DNA of 63,922 nucleotides, the filler included, from an uncultured bacterium (GTDB lineage Bacteria; CAYUVA01), in the NCBI GenBank assembly GCA_964448115.1. It is 4 parts of 4 records of this genome, joined end to end, with 100 filler letters (N's around TTAATTAATTAA, not from the genome) between each part and the next. Parts side by side here need not be neighbours in the genome. Positions count along the whole stretch, not along the records: positions 45,182 to 60,182 come from CAYUVA010000063.1; positions 60,283 to 63,922 come from CAYUVA010000082.1; 2 more parts are not named here. One strand, 5' to 3'. Made by a program: the position numbers and the translations under genes. This document shows positions 58,786-63,922 of this stretch, piece after piece. The notes under the pieces are model-generated. The model made no database searches. It saw only the letters and a list, made by a program, of their open reading frames with translations, and was not told the DNA's origin. Within the stretch, counting starts at the first letter, position 1. The number at the start of each line of letters is the position of its first letter.

Positions 58786-59814
58786 ATGAGATTGAATGTA
58801 TTGAGCATTTTAACGGCGATGGCTTTGATTATGTTTGCCGTTTGTTCCTGTGGACCCTCCGATAAGGGAGAACAAGCATTCATTCCTCCCAAGACCGATG
58901 TCTATGGGGCGGCAACAGATAAGCCTGTAGCCTCGGTGGAGGGAACAATCATCACCCGCAATCAATTGGATCAGCTAGTCAATTCCACCATACAAAGATT
59001 CCAGATGTCCGGGGGACAGGTAAATCCGCAGGAGATAGCCGGGCTTCGCCGCATGATACTCGATGAGATAATAAATACAGAGATTCTGTACATCCAAGCC
59101 CAGAAGAAGGGATTAGTCGCAGCCCCCCAGGAAGTAGAAGAGAAGATAAACGAAGTGGCATCCAGGTTTCCATCCCAGGAGGAGTTCGTCACCCTGCTGT
59201 CTCGACAGGGAAAGACGCTCGAACAATACAAGGCAGAGCTGAGCAAGCGACTAACCATCGAGAAATTCATCGAGAATGAGCTGGTCAAGGAGGTCACGGT
59301 TACCCAAGAAGAGATCAAGAAGTACTACAACGACTACAATGCCCAGTTCGCTGCCCCGGAGCGTGTCAAGGCAAGCCATATACTCTTCAAGTTCGATGAG
59401 GGCGCTGACCAGGCATCCAAAGACAAGCTCAGGAAAGAAGCCGAAGCGGTGCTAAAGCGAGCCAAGAATGGCGAGGACTTCGCTGCACTGGCAGAGCAAT
59501 TCTCTGATGATATCACCGCCAAGGAAGGGGGAGATCTCGGATTCTTCTCCAGGGGGCTGATGGTGCCTCCATTCGAGGATGCAGCATTCGGGCTTGAGAT
59601 CGGACAGATAAGCGACCTAGTGGAGACTAAATTCGGCTACCACATCATAAAGGTTACCGACAAGAAGGATGCAGGAAAACTGCCCCTGGAGGATGTCAAA
59701 GAGCGTATCGAGGACTATCTAATCATGCAGAAGAAACGAGAGGCGGTGAAGAATTTCTGCGACAAGGTTCGTCCACAGATGGATATCACCGTTTACGAGG
59801 AGAACCTGGCGTAA
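58786..59814 (+). CDS. PpiC/parvulin-type peptidyl-prolyl isomerase lipoprotein (PrsA/SurA-like)
   Basis: Lipobox-like CS-C, SurA-type N-domain, ASHIL, GGDLGFF, FGYHIIKV; AAGGAG SD before ATG 58786; extended -10 TGCTATAAT at 58699-58707. Confidence 0.9.
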   Translation: MRLNVLSILTAMALIMFAVCSCGPSDKGEQAFIPPKTDVYGAATDKPVASVEGTIITRNQLDQLVNSTIQRFQMSGGQVNPQEIAGLRRMILDEIINTEILYIQAQKKGLVAAPQEVEEKINEVASRFPSQEEFVTLLSRQGKTLEQYKAELSKRLTIEKFIENELVKEVTVTQEEIKKYYNDYNAQFAAPERVKASHILFKFDEGADQASKDKLRKEAEAVLKRAKNGEDFAALAEQFSDDITAKEGGDLGFFSRGLMVPPFEDAAFGLEIGQISDLVETKFGYHIIKVTDKKDAGKLPLEDVKERIEDYLIMQKKREAVKNFCDKVRPQMDITVYEENLA

Positions 59815-60182
59815 TAGCTTGAGGCAAGGGGTGAGAGTTTCTTCCCCGACAGAGTCGGGACCACTTCGGGGACAAGAATGTCTTTGGTCTTTAGGGGCTT
59901 GTCGGTTGAAAAATCACAAGGGCACAAAGATAACAAAATCCGAGCCATGACCATATGCAAGCGGTAATCCTTTCATAGCAGCCACAAAAAGGCGAATCCG
60001 CAAAACGCCCTTCAAAAGATATAATTATTCTATCCAAACAATGCCATCTAGCTTTTTTATAAAGTTAATTGCCACAATAGGGCTTATGAACCACCCCTTC
60101 AAGCCAATATCCATAGGGGTTATATTCGAGGATCCAAGTGCCACTGCCATTTTTAAAAGCTCGATCTTGCAAATAAAGGCTT

Positions 60183-60282
60183 NNNNNNNNNNNNNNNNNN
60201 NNNNNNNNNNNNNNNNNNNNNNNNNNTTAATTAATTAANNNNNNNNNNNNNNNNNNNNNNNNNNNNNNNNNNNNNNNNNNNN
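60183..60282. other. Artificial contig-joining spacer
   Basis: N44-TTAATTAATTAA-N44. Confidence 0.97.
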
Positions 60283-60283
60283 A

Positions 60284-60324
60284 GCCGGAGTTTACCCCGC
60301 ACTTGATGCGGAGCGGGAATGACA
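60284..60324. repeat. REP-like repeat copy
   Basis: 36/41 identical to 45492-45532. Confidence 0.7.
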
Positions 60325-60452
60325 TGGGGGTGCCCGTTGGCGAAACAAATCTTATGTCAAGAGCAGCCCCCATCCCGACCTATTCGGGAGGCATGAAAAT
60401 TATGACCTGCGAAATTGCGCTATCTTTCCAGGGAAGTAATTTAAAATTGCTC

Positions 60453-61526
60453 CTACTCCACTACCAGATACGGCCACGGGTGGCTTCGGTTGCCGAATAG
60501 GTCCTCGGATATGAGTTCTAAAAGAATGCGCTGCTTGTATAAGCCGCTTGGAACCTCTGCCTCCGGGAAGTAGTATAACTTTCTGTCCGCATCGAGTACG
60601 CTCAAATCAATGCCCAGGTAAATTTCGTTCTGGTACAGACTCACGCGCACCAGGGTAAAATCACCCATGGCAGCATAAGCGATCATGGTAAAGATGCCTC
60701 CGGACTCGGAATTGATCCGGGTATCATCGTATCCGGCAGCTAATATCTTGGGGAGACGAGGTGCGTAGGTTGCAGTCGGCGTAAATGTAGGCTCTGGTGT
60801 TGGCGTATTTGATGGTTCTTCAGTAGGAGTACTGGTTGGAGTACTAGTTAAGGATGGCACAATGGTCGATGTCGGTGTAGGGGGTGGTGTGTCGGTTGCT
60901 TCGGGAGTATCGGTTATAGTCGGCGTGTTCGTGGGAGTGGGAGTATAGGTCGGTGTATTCGTGATAGTCGGTGTCGAAGTGGGTAGTGAATCTCCAACCA
61001 CCGAGTTGATGAACATGTGCAGCGCCATTGGAGCGAAGCCGTAATTGGTGTAAAGGATCTCCCATTGCTGATAATTGGGGTCGTTGGCAGTTCCGTTGAT
61101 CACTACATTATGTGGTATGTATCCCTGGGAATATGCATTGAAAGCCACACGGCTGAAATCCTCAAGCACCGGAAAGGTTAGACCATGCTGGTTTATAAAG
61201 TTTATGGTCTGAGCGTGGTTTTCCAGGCTCATACCCATCACCATCACTGGCACGCCATTGCTATTACCGCCATTCTGCTGATAGTACTGCCAGAAATCTG
61301 TCTCCAAGTGTGGAGCCTCCACACCACAGGAACTTCACCAATAAGCAAAAAAATTAAGCAGGATTACATGACCGGAGAATTGATACAAGGAGTAACTCTC
61401 TCCCCAGGGATCGCTTAGCTGCCAGTTGGGTGCTATGTCCCCAGCCTGTAAGGTAGCATGAACCGAGCTGCCCCCAAATAGTATCAGAATGATGTTTGCT
61501 AGTACTATTACTTGTCTTGGGTGCAA
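60453..61526 (-). CDS. Secreted redoxin (AhpC/TSA/TlpA-like) selenoprotein, UxxC, with Thr/Pro linker and conserved C-terminal domain (357 aa)
   Basis: The two track ORFs are in one frame, separated by TGA at 61335-61337; read-through gives [24 protein letters not shown]-like hairpin follows; TTG start with AAGGGG SD. Confidence 0.87.
61308..61324 (-). promoter_or_regulatory. Bacterial SECIS-like hairpin
   Basis: GUGUGGA-GGC-UCCACAC: perfect 7-bp stem with a G-containing loop, beginning at the 11th nt after the UGA. Confidence 0.7.
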
Positions 61527-61658
61527 TGTCTTATCCCCTTTTATTCTTTTAGGCTGCTATTTCTCTATCAAATATAAGGATTTCAATCAAGCTGGTAATC
61601 GTTTACCTTTAAACATCAATTAGTTATATTTTATTCCCCAAGGGATAGGTAATCCTGG

Positions 61659-61687
61659 TTGACAAGATCCTTTGAAAAGCCTAATAT
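61659..61687 (+). promoter_or_regulatory. Candidate sigma70 promoter
   Basis: TTGACA-N17-TAATAT immediately before the GT2 gene; would imply a near-leaderless start at ATG 61697. Confidence 0.5.
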
Positions 61688-61690
61688 TCA

Positions 61691-62617
61691 ATGCTAATGA
61701 CTCAACGGGCAAATAAAATCAAGGTGAGTATTGTACTTCCCACCTACAACGAGGCTGCTGCACTGCCTTCTGTGTTGAATGACCTACAAAAGGTCATGGA
61801 TAGCAGCAGCTATGATTATGAGATAATTGTCGTAGATGACGGCTCCACTGATAATTCCGCCCAGATAGCTAAAGATCTCTGCGTCAGGGTTATCCGACAT
61901 GCTCGTAATCGTGGCACTGGTCGCAGCCGAAAAACAGGCATCAGATACGCTAAGGGCGATATTGTCGTTATGACTGATGCAGATGGAACATATCCAGTAG
62001 ATCGAATTCCGGATATGCTTGCCTATTTTCCCTCTTATGATATGGTAATCGGTGCTCGCGACAAGGAGGCTGGAACAGTAAAAGCGCTCAGAAGGCTGGT
62101 AAAAGCGCTGATATTGACTTTGGCAAACTTTATAACCGGAGAAAAAATACCAGACCTGAACTCAGGCTTAAGAGCCTTCAAGAAGGATGTCGCACTTAAG
62201 TTCTTCAATATACTTCCCGATACGCACTCATGGGTATCGACCATAACCATAGCATTTCTAGCCAATGAGTATCGAGTCAAATTTGTCCCCATTGATTATT
62301 TCCCTCGCATAGGCAGATCTACCTTCCATCCATTCGTGGATTCATGGAACTATCTAAGCCTGGTGATCCGCACCATCATGTACTTCAATCCATTGAAGAT
62401 CTTTCTGCCAACCAGCCTTTTTATATTCTTATTCGGCATAATAAAGCTGATATACGACTGGCGGGTGGTTTCAGACATCAAAGAATCCGATATAATGATA
62501 GTCATTATCGGTGTGCTGGTCGGGATGATGGGCTTTTTAGGCGATCTGATAGTAAAGGAGCATAAATCGAGATACATAAATACTAGCAGCTCGGAGGATT
62601 ACGGTGAGGAAATCTAG
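61691..62617 (+). CDS. GT2 glycosyltransferase (polyprenol-phosphate sugar synthase/DPM1-like) with two C-terminal TMs
   Basis: IVLPTYNE, VVDDGSTD, TDADGTYP, DLNSGLRAF. Confidence 0.9.
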   Translation: MLMTQRANKIKVSIVLPTYNEAAALPSVLNDLQKVMDSSSYDYEIIVVDDGSTDNSAQIAKDLCVRVIRHARNRGTGRSRKTGIRYAKGDIVVMTDADGTYPVDRIPDMLAYFPSYDMVIGARDKEAGTVKALRRLVKALILTLANFITGEKIPDLNSGLRAFKKDVALKFFNILPDTHSWVSTITIAFLANEYRVKFVPIDYFPRIGRSTFHPFVDSWNYLSLVIRTIMYFNPLKIFLPTSLFIFLFGIIKLIYDWRVVSDIKESDIMIVIIGVLVGMMGFLGDLIVKEHKSRYINTSSSEDYGEEI

Positions 62618-62683
62618 GGCTATTTTTATAGATTCGATATAATATGTATTATATACTACAAATTATAAATAAAGGTTAACATA

Positions 62684-63868
62684 ATGGACAAAATCAGGGT
62701 AGATGCAGTTATTTTCGGTGGCGGTGGTGTAGGCTTATGGATATTAAGTGAACTTGTTGAAAAAGGTTACCATGCAATCTTACTTGAGAAAGATAAACTT
62801 GGAGAGGGGCAAACCATTTCATCTCAGGGCATAATCCATGGCGGTCTCAAATATTCTCTTGGCGGAAGGATAACTACCTCAGCAAAAGAGATTAGAGACA
62901 TGCCATTAGTATGGAACCAATGCCTAGCTGGAGAAAGAATGCCTAATCTAACAAAAGTAAAGATACTTTCTGAATACTGTTACTATTGGCAAGCCCCCAC
63001 CATTACCTCAAAGATTTCGCAGATGGTTGCGAAATCAGCCTTAAAAGCATCCCCCATCAGTGTAAGCAAAGAACAAAGACCTATATTTTTAAGATCCTGC
63101 CCTGGCGAATTATTCAAGACTAAAGAGCGGGTAATAAATACTGCTTCCTTTATTGAGAACTTATTCCATACATATAAGGATTGGATTCTTCATTATGATC
63201 CATCTTATCTCGAAGTTATTAAAAAGCCGAAAACAGAAATAAGCATATCTAATAAGCTAATAATTATTCCCCAATATGTAATATTTGCCGCTGGAAAGGG
63301 AAACAATGAGCTGAGGAAACAATTTGGAATAAAAGCTGATAAAATGCAGCTTAGACCTCTTCATATGGTGATGGTCAAAGGGAAACTACCCATGCTTTTC
63401 GGACATTGTATCGAGGGGAATTCGACCAGGATAACGGTAACCTCTATGAATTACGATGATTTTACTGTATGGCAGGTGGGTGGCAATCTCGCCGAGAAAG
63501 GGGTTAGGATGGAGCAAGATGAATTGATCGAAAAAGCCTATGAGGAGTTAGCATTGCTATTGCCAGATATTGACTTTTCATCAAGTGAGTTCTCCTCTTA
63601 CATGGTAGATAGGGCAGAGAATAAAACATTAAGCGGTGGCAGACCAGCCAGACCTTATGTAGTTCAGAAAGATAATATTATAACTGTCTGGCCCATAAAG
63701 TTGGCGTTTTTCCCCCTTTCAGCTTACCTTACATCCGACTTAATTGATAAACCGAGCACTGATATAATCAACAAGGAACAAATTATTAATCTTTTAAATC
63801 AACATGAGAAACCTAGCATTGCTAAATTTCCATGGGAAACCAACAGGATCTGGAGAAAGGTAAAATGA
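62684..63868 (+). CDS. FAD-dependent oxidoreductase
   Basis: VIFGGGGVG dinucleotide fold, QTISSQGIIHGGLKY, RPLHMV, DRAE. Confidence 0.85.
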   Translation: MDKIRVDAVIFGGGGVGLWILSELVEKGYHAILLEKDKLGEGQTISSQGIIHGGLKYSLGGRITTSAKEIRDMPLVWNQCLAGERMPNLTKVKILSEYCYYWQAPTITSKISQMVAKSALKASPISVSKEQRPIFLRSCPGELFKTKERVINTASFIENLFHTYKDWILHYDPSYLEVIKKPKTEISISNKLIIIPQYVIFAAGKGNNELRKQFGIKADKMQLRPLHMVMVKGKLPMLFGHCIEGNSTRITVTSMNYDDFTVWQVGGNLAEKGVRMEQDELIEKAYEELALLLPDIDFSSSEFSSYMVDRAENKTLSGGRPARPYVVQKDNIITVWPIKLAFFPLSAYLTSDLIDKPSTDIINKEQIINLLNQHEKPSIAKFPWETNRIWRKVK

Positions 63869-63922
63869 CCAAACCTAACATATCACCTATCGGCTATGGA
63901 GCTTTCAAAATAGGGCGAAATC
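63865..63922 (+). CDS. Probable aldo/keto reductase, 5' fragment
   Basis: ATGA overlap with the upstream stop; MTKPNISPIGYGAFKIGRN matches an AKR-type start (SxxGxG). Confidence 0.55.
   Translation, partial: MTKPNISPIGYGAFKIGRN

Noticed and set aside
60025-60182. Possible 3' gene fragment on the minus strand at the contig end, and the plus-strand 65-aa ORF
   Set aside because: Too short and no recognisable motif; cannot choose a frame.
61335-61337. TGA as a nonsense mutation (pseudogene) or sign of an alternative genetic code
   Set aside because: It falls at the catalytic Cys position with a SECIS-like hairpin, and TGA is a normal stop in many other genes here (e.g. rny, ECF sigma).
1-63922. 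tRNA, rRNA, CRISPR arrays, integrases or prophage genes
   Set aside because: None recognised by eye; a covariance-model scan would be needed to exclude small RNAs fully.

Overview
Bacterial genomic DNA, probably a metagenome-assembled genome of an anaerobic diderm (LptE, MCE, GT9, NfnAB, rubredoxin, selenocysteine use). It comprises four contigs joined by artificial N44-TTAATTAATTAA-N44 spacers (22501-22600, 45082-45181, 60183-60282), so adjacency across the spacers is not real. Housekeeping content includes 6S RNA-rny-ymdB, grpE, PBP1A, nfnAB, sppA, lptE, a PpiC foldase and several glycosyltransferases. Most notable: (1) an unrecognised ~100-aa C-terminal domain (P-x-I-x-x-[AG]-G-[YFW]...GG...[WF]P-x-L) occurs 9 times in 7 otherwise unrelated secreted proteins on all four contigs, usually after a Thr/Pro linker, and looks like a lineage-specific sorting or anchoring tag; (2) one of these proteins is a hidden exported selenoprotein (redoxin UxxC, in-frame TGA plus SECIS-like hairpin) that the ORF track splits in two; (3) a tight operon of ECF sigma, soluble zinc-anti-sigma/TPR protein and small secreted protein resembles peptide-sensing (RRNPP-like) architecture; (4) an MCE - Zn finger - vWA - tubulin-like operon. 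Also seen: a catalytically degenerate PilT, a Na/Pi transporter with an extra lipoprotein/Ig-like N-terminus, REP-like repeats read in frame inside a gene, and a parS-like site. All family calls come from motif recognition by eye; no searches were run.
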